From an uncultured Nitrospinota bacterium (GTDB lineage: Bacteria; Tectomicrobia; Entotheonellia; J063; CAVPRW01), in contig CAVPRW010000024.1 of NCBI GenBank assembly GCA_963707985.1, forward strand, positions 64,001 to 128,000: 64,000 nucleotides of DNA, in the 5' to 3' direction. This document shows positions 33,641 to 43,729 of this stretch, one piece after another. Positions within the stretch are counted from its first letter, which is position 1. Each line of letters opens with the position of its first letter. The position numbers and the translations under genes are program-made. Under the pieces are notes generated by a model. That model worked only from the letters and a program-made list of their open reading frames with translations, was not told the origin of the DNA and did not search any database.

Positions 33641-35503
33641 ATGATCCAGATCGAGTCGATTTCAAAAGCCTTTGGTCCCCAGGTGGTGTTCGCCCAGGCA
33701 ACAGCGTACCTCCAGGCCAAGACACGCGTCGGCCTGGTGGGTCCCAACGGCTCGGGCAAGACCACGCTTTTGCGCCTGATCCATGCGGAGGAAACTCCTG
33801 ACAGCGGCACCATTCGCACGCCGGGCGGGCTCCGTGTGGGATATTTGCCTCAAGAGTTGGAACAGGATCCGCATCTAAGTGTCCTGGAGGCAGCGCACCG
33901 CGGCCGCTATCCAGAACACGAAGCGAAACGGATATTGGCGGGGCTCGGTTTTACGGAAGGCGATCACGACCGTGCTCTCCTGAGCCTCTCCGGCGGCTTC
34001 CGCATGCGCGTGGCGCTGGCGCATCTGTTGCTGACAGCGCCGGATGTGTTGATGCTCGACGAGCCGACGAATCACCTCGACGCCGCGACTCAGGCCTGGT
34101 TTGAACAATTCTTGTTACGGTCGCGCCAGACGGTGTTGGCGGTCAGCCACGATACCGCCTTTCTGAACCGCGTCGTGACGCACATCTGGGAAATTCACCG
34201 CCATGCTATTCGGACGTATACCGGCAACTACGATCGCTACCTGGCGACTCGGCGGGCACGTGAAGAGCAGTTAGAGGCCGCAGCCCAAACTCAGGAACGG
34301 GAGATGGCCCGCGTGCAACGCTTTGTCGATCGCTTCCGCGCCAAAGCGACCAAAGCGCGTCAGGTTCAATCCCGCTTAAAGCAGCTCGATCGTCTCCAGC
34401 AGATCGAGCGCGAGCGCGACGCTAAACGCATTCGGTTCCATTTTCCCGAGCCGGCACCGAGCGGACGTCTGATCTTCGACCTCAAAGGGGTGGGCAAGAG
34501 CTACGGGGTCAACACAGTATACCATAGCCTGGACTTTCGCGTCGAACGCGGCCAACGCGTGGCGTTGCTTGGCGAAAATGGCGCGGGTAAGAGCACCCTG
34601 CTGAAAATTTTGGCCGGCGTGCTGTCGATCGATCACGGTGAGCGCCAGGAGGGATATGGTGTGAGCCTGCATTATTTTGCCCAGCATCAGGCCGACGTTC
34701 TGAACCCGGCCCACACGGTGCTCGATGCCTTGCAGGAGGTCGCACCCCACGCCGACCTGCCGTGGCTGCGTGCCGTGGCGGGCACCTTTCTCTTCCACGG
34801 TGACGATCAGTTCAAGTCGATCAGTGTCCTAAGTGGCGGTGAGCGCAGTCGCGTAGCCCTGGCGCGCATGTTGCTCAACCCGGCCAATACGCTCCTCCTG
34901 GATGAGCCGACGAATCATCTCGACCCCGCCTCGGTCGACGTGCTCACTGATGCGCTGCTGGATTTCCCGGGGACCATCGTTTTCATCTCCCACGATCCCG
35001 TCTTCTTGACACGCATGGCGACGCGTGTGGTGGAGATCGAAGACGGTCGAGCGCTCGACTATCCGGGTGATTACGGGTACTATCTCTGGAAGCAAGAGCG
35101 GGAGCTGGAAGAGGAGACGGATGGGGCCTCCGAAGAGAACAGGCGGAATGGCCAGCCGTCGGCGCCCGCTAAGGATAGTAAGCCAGGCCCTCAAGAACCT
35201 GACCGGCGGGAGTTGGTGAAGGCGTTGAGCCGGGTGGAACGTCGAGTAGCGGAGCTTGAAGCCGCCGTTGCCGCATTGGAATCGCAGATGCGTATACGTG
35301 ATGCGGAACTGGCCAGCGCCGAGCTCTATCAGGATCATGAGCGCTGGCACGCGCTCCACCTCGAACGCCAGCAATGGGACACGGATCTCGAGCGCCTGAT
35401 GGAAGAATGGGCCCGCCAATCCGAGACCGTTGCCGACACCCACCGGCAACTCGAATCGTTTGATCAGGCCAACCCCAAACCAAGTCGCCTGTTCCAGTCA
35501 TGA
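33641..35503 (+). CDS. ABC-F family ATPase (Uup/YheS-like)
   Basis: Two ABC domains (GPNGSGKT, GENGAGKS; LDEPTNHLD x2), no TM segments, C-terminal coiled coil. Confidence 0.9.
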   Translation: MIQIESISKAFGPQVVFAQATAYLQAKTRVGLVGPNGSGKTTLLRLIHAEETPDSGTIRTPGGLRVGYLPQELEQDPHLSVLEAAHRGRYPEHEAKRILAGLGFTEGDHDRALLSLSGGFRMRVALAHLLLTAPDVLMLDEPTNHLDAATQAWFEQFLLRSRQTVLAVSHDTAFLNRVVTHIWEIHRHAIRTYTGNYDRYLATRRAREEQLEAAAQTQEREMARVQRFVDRFRAKATKARQVQSRLKQLDRLQQIERERDAKRIRFHFPEPAPSGRLIFDLKGVGKSYGVNTVYHSLDFRVERGQRVALLGENGAGKSTLLKILAGVLSIDHGERQEGYGVSLHYFAQHQADVLNPAHTVLDALQEVAPHADLPWLRAVAGTFLFHGDDQFKSISVLSGGERSRVALARMLLNPANTLLLDEPTNHLDPASVDVLTDALLDFPGTIVFISHDPVFLTRMATRVVEIEDGRALDYPGDYGYYLWKQERELEEETDGASEENRRNGQPSAPAKDSKPGPQEPDRRELVKALSRVERRVAELEAAVAALESQMRIRDAELASAELYQDHERWHALHLERQQWDTDLERLMEEWARQSETVADTHRQLESFDQANPKPSRLFQS

Positions 35504-35525
35504 CGCACAATCATCTTCCCCGTAT

Positions 35526-35744
35526 CTAGGCCTCACGCACCTCCTCCGGGCGATATTGCGGCCCACATTCCCGCCTCTCGGTCTTGAACGCCCCGACCCG
35601 TCCCTTCTTGTTGGCATTTACCGACACCCCCGGCCAGCCCGGCGCTAGGAACGTGTTGATCTGGTTGTTGAGATACTGCAATTGGGCATCTCGGTCTGAA
35701 TGGTTGCAGCCTTCCACTGAGACGACTTTGATTGCGCACATCAA
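35526..35744 (-). mobile_element. ISAzo13-family transposase fragment
   Basis: EGCNHSDRDAQLQYLN...VSVNANKKGRVGAFK..RE resembles the family motif HPDRNAQF...SVDTKKKELVGDFK. Confidence 0.6.
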
Positions 35745-35929
35745 TCACGAAGATCCGGTTGATCCCTCCGACTGTTTTGTACTCTGATACGACCACTCCG
35801 TGGATATCTCGTTGCAGCTGCTTGAAGGCCTCTGGAGAAAACATCGAAGTAAAAGACCGGGCATCGTGCCGGACTATTTTCGAAATCTCCACCCAGGGCA
35901 GCATGCGGGCACTTCTAAGGAGGGAGCTC

Positions 35930-35976
35930 GCCTATTTTTTGGGCGCCTCGGTTGGCCCATGCGTAGCAATGGAGCA
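35930..35976 (+). promoter_or_regulatory. Putative bEBP (NtrC-like) upstream activator sites
   Basis: GCCTATTTTTTGGGC dyad (35930) and 17-bp TGC-N11-GCA (35960-35976). Confidence 0.55.
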
Positions 35977-36063
35977 AGAACGCACCCGCACGGGCACAGC
36001 GCCTGGCGCCGTGAACAGTTGAAGAACGAGGCCTGAAGGGTGAGCTCCACTTCGTCCGTAGCC

Positions 36064-36078
36064 TGGCATCGGCTTTGC
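36064..36078 (+). promoter_or_regulatory. sigma54 -24/-12 promoter
   Basis: TGGCATCGGCTTTGC, consensus GG-N10-GC, 55 bp upstream of the SBP start. Confidence 0.7.
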
Positions 36079-36132
36079 CTACCCGTTGCTAACATGATCT
36101 CACGATCCGTCCCGCTGCCCTTGGAGAACTCT

Positions 36133-37767
36133 ATGGCGCACCTAAAGCTTTCACGTCGCACCATGTTGCAGGGCATGGTCGCGGCTGCTGCTCTGCTGAC
36201 GTGGCGCAAACCCGCCCCCGCCACGGCGCAAAGTCGTGCGGAATCGCTGGTCGCCATCGGCGAATCCGGACCGAACTCCCTGGATATCCACGGGGTGGGA
36301 GCCAATCGTCCTAGCTATGCCATAGCCTGGAACTGTTACGACCGCTTGCTGGTGTTTGGGAAAAAGACGCTACCCGATGGCACAGTGTCCTACGATAAGG
36401 ATGTCCTCGCGCCCGAACTAGCAGAGAACTGGGAAGTCGCCGCCGATGGCATGTCGATTACATTCCACCTTCGGCAGGATGCCCAGTTTCACGATGGCAG
36501 GCCGGTCACAGCCCAGGATGTCAAATGGTCCTTCGACCGCGCTGTCACGGTCGGAGGCTTCCCCACCTTCCAGATGAAAGCAGGCTCTCTAGAGCGACCA
36601 GACCAGTTCGTGGTGCTCAATGAGCATACCTTGCGCATCGACTCGATACGTAAAGACAAACTGACCTTACCGGATCTGGCGGTGCCCGTGGCCATTGTGA
36701 TCAATTCCGAGCTCGCCAAGCAGCACGCCACTGCCGATGATCCCTGGGCCATGGAGTATCTGAAGGCCAATACCGCGGCGGGCGGAGCCTTCAAAGTGGA
36801 GAGTTGGCGACCGGGGACCGAGATCATTCTGAGTCGCTTCGATGCCTGGAAAAGCGGGCCGCTGCCGCCGATGCGACGCATCATCTGGCGCGATGTGCCC
36901 TCGGCCGGCAGTCGGCTGGCGCTCATGGAGCGCGGTGACGCCGATATTTCGTATGGCGTGCCGCCCAAGGATGCGAAGGAGATCGCCACCGGGAAACGAG
37001 CGCGTGGAAAGCTCAAAATCGTCGGGGTGCCCATTCCCAACGCCATCTGGTACGTGGGCATGAACGTCAAAAATCCGCCATTCAGCGATGTCAAGGTACG
37101 CCAGGCTGTCGCCTATGCCCTACCCTACGAACAACTGCTGCAAGGGGCCATCTACGACCGGGCCATTCCCCTGTTCGGGGCTTCCACCGATCAGCCGGTG
37201 ACCAGTGCCTGGCCGCAGCCCTTCCCGTACCAGACCAATTTGGAGCGCGCTCGCCAGCTCATGGCAGAGGCGGACATGGCTAGTGGCTTTGAGACGACAC
37301 TGTCGTTCGATCTTGGCGAAGGGACGATCAGCGAACCGATGGCAGTGCTCATTCAGGAAGGGCTGGCGCAGCTGTCGATCAAGACCACGATCAACAAAAT
37401 TCCGGGGTCGCAATGGCGCAGTGAAATGGCCAAAAAGACGATGCCCTTGCTCATCAACCGCTTTGGCGGCTGGCTGGACTATCCCGAGTATTTTTTCTAC
37501 TGGACGTATCATGGCCAAAATGCCGTATTCAATACGATGTCCTATCAAAACCCCGAGCTGGACAAGCTGATCGACGCGGCACGGTTCGCCAATGACCCGC
37601 AACTCTACGACCAGCAGATGCGCCAGGCCATCCGCATCGCCATGACTGAGGTGCCACGCATGCCCCTGTGGCAGCCGTTCCTCGACGTCGTCATGCAGAC
37701 GAACATCACCGGCTATCAGTTCTGGTTCCATTTACAGCCCGATTTCCGGCAAGTCGGGAAGGCTTGA
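36133..37767 (+). CDS. ABC transporter substrate-binding protein (family 5), Tat-exported
   Basis: Tat motif SRRTMLQG; PELAENWEV..FHLRQDAQFHDGRPVTAQDVKWSFDR. Confidence 0.9.
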   Translation: MAHLKLSRRTMLQGMVAAAALLTWRKPAPATAQSRAESLVAIGESGPNSLDIHGVGANRPSYAIAWNCYDRLLVFGKKTLPDGTVSYDKDVLAPELAENWEVAADGMSITFHLRQDAQFHDGRPVTAQDVKWSFDRAVTVGGFPTFQMKAGSLERPDQFVVLNEHTLRIDSIRKDKLTLPDLAVPVAIVINSELAKQHATADDPWAMEYLKANTAAGGAFKVESWRPGTEIILSRFDAWKSGPLPPMRRIIWRDVPSAGSRLALMERGDADISYGVPPKDAKEIATGKRARGKLKIVGVPIPNAIWYVGMNVKNPPFSDVKVRQAVAYALPYEQLLQGAIYDRAIPLFGASTDQPVTSAWPQPFPYQTNLERARQLMAEADMASGFETTLSFDLGEGTISEPMAVLIQEGLAQLSIKTTINKIPGSQWRSEMAKKTMPLLINRFGGWLDYPEYFFYWTYHGQNAVFNTMSYQNPELDKLIDAARFANDPQLYDQQMRQAIRIAMTEVPRMPLWQPFLDVVMQTNITGYQFWFHLQPDFRQVGKA

Positions 37768-37771
37768 GACC

Positions 37772-38815
37772 ATGATGAAGAGTGCCAATCGTTCAGCAGC
37801 CCTGCTGCATCTCGTAGCACGGCGCGCGGCGACGGCTCTCCCGAGCCTGCTAGGCGTTATTATCATTGCCTTTGCCTTGACACGGGCGTTGCCGACCGAT
37901 CCCGCTGCCTATTTTGCCGGTCCCGCAGCTACCCAGCAAGCCATCGAGGAAGTTCGCCTCAAGCTTGGGCTCAATCGGAGTCTCCCGGTGCAATTCTTCG
38001 CGTTCCTCGGCGAGCTCGCCCAGGGCAGCTTCGGTCAGTCGTTGACCACCGGACAGCCGGTCATCGAGGATATCGTTCGACGTCTACCCGCCTCGTTGGA
38101 GTTAACGCTGTTCGGCCTGGTGTTCTCGGTGGCCATCGCGTTGCCCCTGGGGGTTCTTGCCGCAACGCATCCCAATTCGGCCATCGATCATGCCTGTCGG
38201 GTGATATCCACCGCCGGCGTGTCGCTGCCGGTCTTCTTTACTGGGCTACTGCTGGTGTATGTGTTTTACTATCTCCTGGGCTGGGCTCCGGCGCCCCTGG
38301 GGCGTCTGGACTCCTTCTCAACTCCGCCGCCCCATGTCACGGGCTTTTTCACCATCGATAGTGTCGTCAGCGGTGATTACGAGCTGCTGGCCACTACCCT
38401 GGCGCATCTGGCCTTGCCTGCGATGACGCTTGGCATCTTTGCCCTGGCGCCGCTGGCGCGCATGACGCGCGCCTCGATGTTGGGCGTATTGTCCAGCGAT
38501 TTCATCCGCACAGCACGTGCCAGTGGGTTATCGCGCCATACCATTTTGTTGGTGTATGCCTTCCACAACGCCATGCTCCCGGTCCTTACCACCATGGGTA
38601 TGGTGTTCTCCTTCCTGCTTGGAGCCAACGTTGTGGTGGAGCGGGTGTTCTCCTGGCCGGGGATCGGCTCATACGCACTAGAGGCCTTGATCGCCTCCGA
38701 CTATGCACCTGTCCAGGGTTTTGTCCTGACGCTCGCCGTCCTGTATGTCATGCTCAACCTGTGTATCGACATCGCTTATGGCCTGATCGATCCACGTGTG
38801 AGGATGGAAGGATGA
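37772..38815 (+). CDS. ABC transporter permease (DppB-like)
   Basis: RLPASLEL, FIRTARASG, VERVFSWPGIG, IDPRVR. Confidence 0.9.
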   Translation: MMKSANRSAALLHLVARRAATALPSLLGVIIIAFALTRALPTDPAAYFAGPAATQQAIEEVRLKLGLNRSLPVQFFAFLGELAQGSFGQSLTTGQPVIEDIVRRLPASLELTLFGLVFSVAIALPLGVLAATHPNSAIDHACRVISTAGVSLPVFFTGLLLVYVFYYLLGWAPAPLGRLDSFSTPPPHVTGFFTIDSVVSGDYELLATTLAHLALPAMTLGIFALAPLARMTRASMLGVLSSDFIRTARASGLSRHTILLVYAFHNAMLPVLTTMGMVFSFLLGANVVVERVFSWPGIGSYALEALIASDYAPVQGFVLTLAVLYVMLNLCIDIAYGLIDPRVRMEG

Positions 38816-39654
38816 AAACCCTGGCCCATCTCCGCTACCTGTTGCTGGAGAATCCGCTCACCCTGGCGGCCGCGGTGTTGGCGCTGCTGCTGCTGCTGGG
38901 CGCAGTTCTGGGCCCGTCCTTGGCGCCCTACGACCCGCTGGCGACGAATACCTCTCGCGCCCTGGAGCCTCCGTCATGGGATCACTGGTTTGGCACCGAT
39001 CAGGTGGGTCGAGATATTTTCAGTCGTCTGATCGTCGCCACACGCCTTGATATGGTGATCTCCATCGCTGCGGTCAGCCTCTCGTTCGCACTGGGTAGCT
39101 GCCTCGGGGCCTGCGCTGGCTTTTTTGGCGGCTGGTTGGATCGCATAGGATCCCGTCTCATGGATACGATCATGGCCTTCCCACTGTTCGTGTTGGCCAT
39201 GGGCATTGTGGCAGCCCTTGGGAACACGGTGCAAAACATTGTCTACGCCACGGCCATCATCAATCTCCCATTTTACGCGCGCTTGGCGCGCGCGGAGATC
39301 AATCTCCGCCGTGAGGCTGGATTTGTCGAGGCAGCACGCCTGTCGGGGAACAGCGATGCCCGCATTCTCGCGGTGCATCTGTTCCCCACCGTGCTACCCA
39401 CGATGATGGTGCAGATCTCGCTCAACCTGGGCTGGTCGATTCTGAATGCCGCCAGCCTGTCCTTCATCGGTCTCGGTGTCAGGCCTCCGACGCCGGAATG
39501 GGGGATCATGGTGGCCGATGGCGCCAGCTATATCATCTCCGGCGAGTGGTGGGTGGCCCTGTTTCCTGGGGCGGCGCTCATGGTAGCCGTCTTTTGCTTT
39601 AATCTCCTGGGCGATGGGTTACGCGACCTGATCGACCCTCGGCAGCGCACATGA
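38812..39654 (+). CDS. ABC transporter permease (DppC-like)
   Basis: HWFGTDQVGRDIFSR, FVEAARLSG, SFIGLGVRPPTPEWG, NLLGDGLRD. Confidence 0.9.
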   Translation: MKTLAHLRYLLLENPLTLAAAVLALLLLLGAVLGPSLAPYDPLATNTSRALEPPSWDHWFGTDQVGRDIFSRLIVATRLDMVISIAAVSLSFALGSCLGACAGFFGGWLDRIGSRLMDTIMAFPLFVLAMGIVAALGNTVQNIVYATAIINLPFYARLARAEINLRREAGFVEAARLSGNSDARILAVHLFPTVLPTMMVQISLNLGWSILNAASLSFIGLGVRPPTPEWGIMVADGASYIISGEWWVALFPGAALMVAVFCFNLLGDGLRDLIDPRQRT

Positions 39655-40619
39655 ACGACGTGCCGTTACTGGATGTGGCAGAGCTGTCGGTCGAGTTTCG
39701 GACGCGCCTGGGCACCGTGAAGGCGCTGGAGCAGGTCGCTCTCAGTCTCGACCGTGGGGAAATCATCGCCGTCGTCGGCGAGAGTGGCTCCGGTAAGTCG
39801 GTGACGGCCTATAGCATCATGGGCATCCTCGATGCGGCCGCGCACCTCACCGCCGGTCGCATCACGTTCGGAGGTCTCGACCTTTTACAGGTGCCGGAAG
39901 CAGAGCTGGCGAATATCCGTGGTCGCGAGCTGGCGATGATCTTTCAGAATCCACGCGGGGCACTCAATCCCATTCGCCAGGTTGGGCGTCAAATCGGTGA
40001 TATCCTACGACGCCATGCTCCCATCGCCCGCGCAGAGATCAAGGACAGGGCCGTCGACCTTCTGACGCAAGTGCGCATCCCCGATGCCGAGCGGCGTTAT
40101 GCGGCGTATCCTTTCGAGCTGTCGGGAGGGATGTGCCAGCGGGTGGGCATCGCCATGGCGCTGGCCTGTGAGCCGGCGTTGTTGATTGCTGACGAGCCTA
40201 CCACCGGGCTGGATGTGACGACGCAGGCGGCGATTATGGATCTCATCGTCGAATTGGCCCGGAAACGCCGCATGGCCACGCTCCTCATCACCCACGATCT
40301 GGGGCTTGCGGCAGAGTACTGCGAGCGCATCGTCGTCATGCATGCCGGACACGTTGTAGAAAGTGCGCCCGTCGGCGAGCTCTTCGCCAAGCCACGCCAT
40401 CCATACACCGCCAAGCTCATCGCCTCGACACCACACGGGGCTGGGCAACTCGACGCCCTCACGCCTATTCCAGGCGGCCTCCCAGATTTGCGCGGGGAAC
40501 TGCTGCCCTGCCGCTATCGCGGCCGCTGTGAACGCTACACATCGTTCTGTGATCAGGCCCCGCTGCCACGCGTGCAAGTCGACCCGCGTCATGTCGTCGC
40601 TTGTCGAGATCCGTTATGA
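39651..40619 (+). CDS. ABC transporter ATP-binding protein (DppD-like)
   Basis: [30 protein letters not shown]-terminal Cys cluster. Confidence 0.92.
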   Translation: MNDVPLLDVAELSVEFRTRLGTVKALEQVALSLDRGEIIAVVGESGSGKSVTAYSIMGILDAAAHLTAGRITFGGLDLLQVPEAELANIRGRELAMIFQNPRGALNPIRQVGRQIGDILRRHAPIARAEIKDRAVDLLTQVRIPDAERRYAAYPFELSGGMCQRVGIAMALACEPALLIADEPTTGLDVTTQAAIMDLIVELARKRRMATLLITHDLGLAAEYCERIVVMHAGHVVESAPVGELFAKPRHPYTAKLIASTPHGAGQLDALTPIPGGLPDLRGELLPCRYRGRCERYTSFCDQAPLPRVQVDPRHVVACRDPL

Positions 40620-41696
40620 CCGCACTCCTGGAAGTTGAACGGCTGACAAAATTTTTTCCGCTCGTGGGCCATAGCACGCTGGCCCGCATGGTACAGGCAA
40701 GGCGCCGGCGCCATGGTGGTGCCGATGGCATGTCAGAGCCGGCATTGCTGCACGCCGTCGACGACGTCAGCATCAGCGTCGAGGCCGGTGAGAGCGTGGG
40801 GCTCGTGGGAGAGTCCGGGTGTGGCAAGTCGACCCTCGCCCGTCTCATCGCTCGTCTCATCGATCCCACCAGCGGCAAGATTCATTTTCAGGGGCGTGAC
40901 CTCGTCGAGCTTCCGGCGCATCGCTTCTCTCGTACCCCTGAGCGCCGCCTCATCCAACAGGTGTTCCAGGATGCCACCGAAAGCCTCAATCCACGGTTTA
41001 CGGCCGCTCATTCCATAGCCGACCCCTTACAGCGTCTCGTCCGATCTGCGGGGAGCTGGTCTGTGGACACGGGTGGGTGAATTGGCGGACCTGGTGAATC
41101 TCCCGCGCGAATTGCTTGAGCGCTATCCACACCAACTCTCCGGCGGACAGAAAGCACGTGTCGGCATCGCCCGCGCCCTGGCGGCAAACCCACGGTTACT
41201 GATCCTGGATGAGCCAACCTCCGCCCTGGATGTTTCCGTGCAGGCGGTCATTCTCAAACTGTTGGCCGATCTGCGGCGCCAACTCGGCATGAGCTTTCTG
41301 TTCATCTCCCATGACCTCAACGTGGTGCGGCTGATGTGCGACCGAGTGTTGGTGATGTATTTGGGGAAAATCATCGAGGCCGGTCCCGCCAGGCAGGTAT
41401 TCGAGCAGCCGCAGCATCCGTACACCCAGGCTCTGGTATCAGCCATCCCAACGATCGAGGCGCGGGCGCGCCAGGGACGCCTCCGGCTCGACGGTGAGCC
41501 GGTCAGTCCCATCGATCCTGACCCACATATGTGCCGCTTTTACGGCCGCTGCCCGCGGCAGACCGATCGTTGTCGCATCCAAATGCCGCACCTGACTCCC
41601 GTGCTTGAAGGCGCAGCTAGCAGCCTGCCATTTTCCGGAGAGCTTATCTACCGGAGGAAACGATGGCTTGGAGGACCATCGGGCGAGCGACTCTGA
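40616..41696 (+). CDS. ABC transporter ATP-binding protein (DppF-like; frameshift near 41050-41075)
   Basis: GESGCGKS in ORF 40601..41080; LSGGQKAR and LDEPTSALD in ORF 41073..41696. Confidence 0.85.
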
Positions 41697-41894
41697 TAGG
41701 CAGCCCTAACCGCACGACTCCAACGGCACGCACCGGCCAGGAGCGCTGTGCCCTGACCACATGATCAAGGCGATTCATGGCGTCCCCACCATCACAGCCC
41801 AAGAGACCATGCCTCTGTACGAGCGACCTCAATCCCCTGTTGACTTACGCGATGGGTTCTAAAACCACGTGTCACCGCGAAAGGAGTGTGCATC

Positions 41895-42830
41895 ATGAAT
41901 CCCGGATTCGGCTTGCATTGGGCACCAGACCAGGACGGCACCACCGTACACCACGCCCGGACAGCTATCGCCTTTGTTGCGGCAAAGGTATTCCTGTTTT
42001 GCAGCCTGCTCGCGGCTCAGGCCAGTGCGGAAGAATCCAGCATTTTCCATGGGTACCTGGACTTACGTCTGTCGAACGCATACATCACTCCGCGCGGACT
42101 CGTCGTTGAGAATGAAGGATTGGTCTTCCAACCGCTTTTTTTACTCTTTGCCGATCTCTACCAGAGCAATGGTCCTCTGAGCAAGGTGACGGCTTATGTG
42201 GGTATGTGGAACAGTATACACAGCCATGTCCCGGAAGGGGTGGACTCCTCGACGAGTAACTGGAACGAAATGGATTTTCTGAGTGGGGTTGATTTCACGA
42301 TCGACCGCGACTGGACGGTTGGTCTGAGTTACCAGTATTGGGTGAGCCCTAACGATTCCTTCGAGTCAGCGTCCCTTCTCGAGACGACGGTCTCCTACGG
42401 CGGCCGTTTCTTCGAGCAGTCCATGAAGGGAAAATTTTCGTTCAACCCGTACTTCAAGTTTTTCATCGAGTTGGACAACAAAGCGACGGTCTCGTCCACC
42501 GACGAAAGCTATAACGTCGAGGTCGGCTTCGGGCCTAGGTACGTGTTTGATGGCTATCCGCTGACGCTCGATATGCATACCTATGTGACGTTTCCAGGGG
42601 ACGGCTTCTACAGTGAGAATTCGACGGTCGGTCTGTTCACCACCGGACTCAAAGTGACCGCTCCCCTCACTTCCATTCCGAAGCGCTATGGCGCATGGAG
42701 CCTGTACGCAGGGGTTCGTTATTACTACATCGTCAATGACGGCATCCTCGACGGCAACGGCACACTGCCGCCCGGGTCGACGAACCGAAATCAGTGGCAA
42801 GGCCTTGGTGGAGTGACGCTTGCCTTCTGA
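41895..42830 (+). CDS. Putative outer-membrane beta-barrel protein
   Basis: Signal-peptide-like N-terminus (AAQASA), alternating aromatic-rich beta strands, C-terminal GVTLAF (terminal Phe). Confidence 0.6.
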   Translation: MNPGFGLHWAPDQDGTTVHHARTAIAFVAAKVFLFCSLLAAQASAEESSIFHGYLDLRLSNAYITPRGLVVENEGLVFQPLFLLFADLYQSNGPLSKVTAYVGMWNSIHSHVPEGVDSSTSNWNEMDFLSGVDFTIDRDWTVGLSYQYWVSPNDSFESASLLETTVSYGGRFFEQSMKGKFSFNPYFKFFIELDNKATVSSTDESYNVEVGFGPRYVFDGYPLTLDMHTYVTFPGDGFYSENSTVGLFTTGLKVTAPLTSIPKRYGAWSLYAGVRYYYIVNDGILDGNGTLPPGSTNRNQWQGLGGVTLAF

Positions 42831-43004
42831 TGAGACGAGTCAGGGGGGCGGCGATCAAGCGGGTCTGTGACGTCCCGATCAGCTCGGGCTCACCGCGTCC
42901 GCAACTCCCTGACGCTCTTGTAGGTGGCGCGTGTTGACATGATTTCCTGCGACAATCTGACTCATTGGGATAGGCTCTTCGTTCCACACGCAGGAGGAGA
43001 CGTC

Positions 43005-43682
43005 ATGGAGATGGACCAAACCATGATCATCAAGGCCGAACCGTATCCGTTCGAATGTGTTCCGGCGCGGTGCGCGTTGTTGATCATCGACATGCAGCGC
43101 GATTTCTTAGAACCCGGCGGGTTCGGAGAAATGCTTGGCAATGACGTCTCACAATTGCGCCGAACGATCGAGCCGAATCGTCAGTTATTGGCCGCGTGGC
43201 GTGCCCACGGCTTACAGGTGATCCATACCCGCGAAGGCCATCGCCCTGATCTCACCGACTTACCACCAGCCAAGAAGGTCCGTGGTCGGAGCACGACCTG
43301 CATTGGCGATCCGGGCCCAATGGGTCGGATCCTGGTGCGCGGCGAACCCGGACACGACATCATTCCAGAACTGTACCCCCTGCCGACCGAGCCAGTCATT
43401 GACAAACCGGGCAAGGGCGCTTTCTTCGCCACTGATCTGCACGCCATTCTCCAAAACCGTGACATCGAGCAACTCATCGTCACCGGGGTGACCACCGAGG
43501 TGTGTGTCAATACCACGGTCCGCGAAGCCAATGACCGAGGCTACGACTGCCTCGTCCTCGGGGATTGTGTGGGATCCTATTTCCCGGAATTTCAGGAGAT
43601 GGGCCTGAACATGATCAAGGCTCAAGGAGGGATTTTCGGCTGGGTGTCGTCTTCGCCAGAAGTCCTTGCTGCCCTTGGATGA
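43005..43682 (+). CDS. trtA: Cysteine hydrolase, probable triuret hydrolase
   Basis: Isochorismatase triad (IIDMQ, DKPGK, EVCV). DFLEPGGFGEMLGND and AQGGIFG are the TrtA-type variants, and the gene is paired with a BiuH-type gene. Confidence 0.75.
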   Translation: MEMDQTMIIKAEPYPFECVPARCALLIIDMQRDFLEPGGFGEMLGNDVSQLRRTIEPNRQLLAAWRAHGLQVIHTREGHRPDLTDLPPAKKVRGRSTTCIGDPGPMGRILVRGEPGHDIIPELYPLPTEPVIDKPGKGAFFATDLHAILQNRDIEQLIVTGVTTEVCVNTTVREANDRGYDCLVLGDCVGSYFPEFQEMGLNMIKAQGGIFGWVSSSPEVLAALG

Positions 43683-43729
43683 AGTCTCCGGCAACATAGC
43701 ATCGCTCAACCGACAACACGAGGCACACC

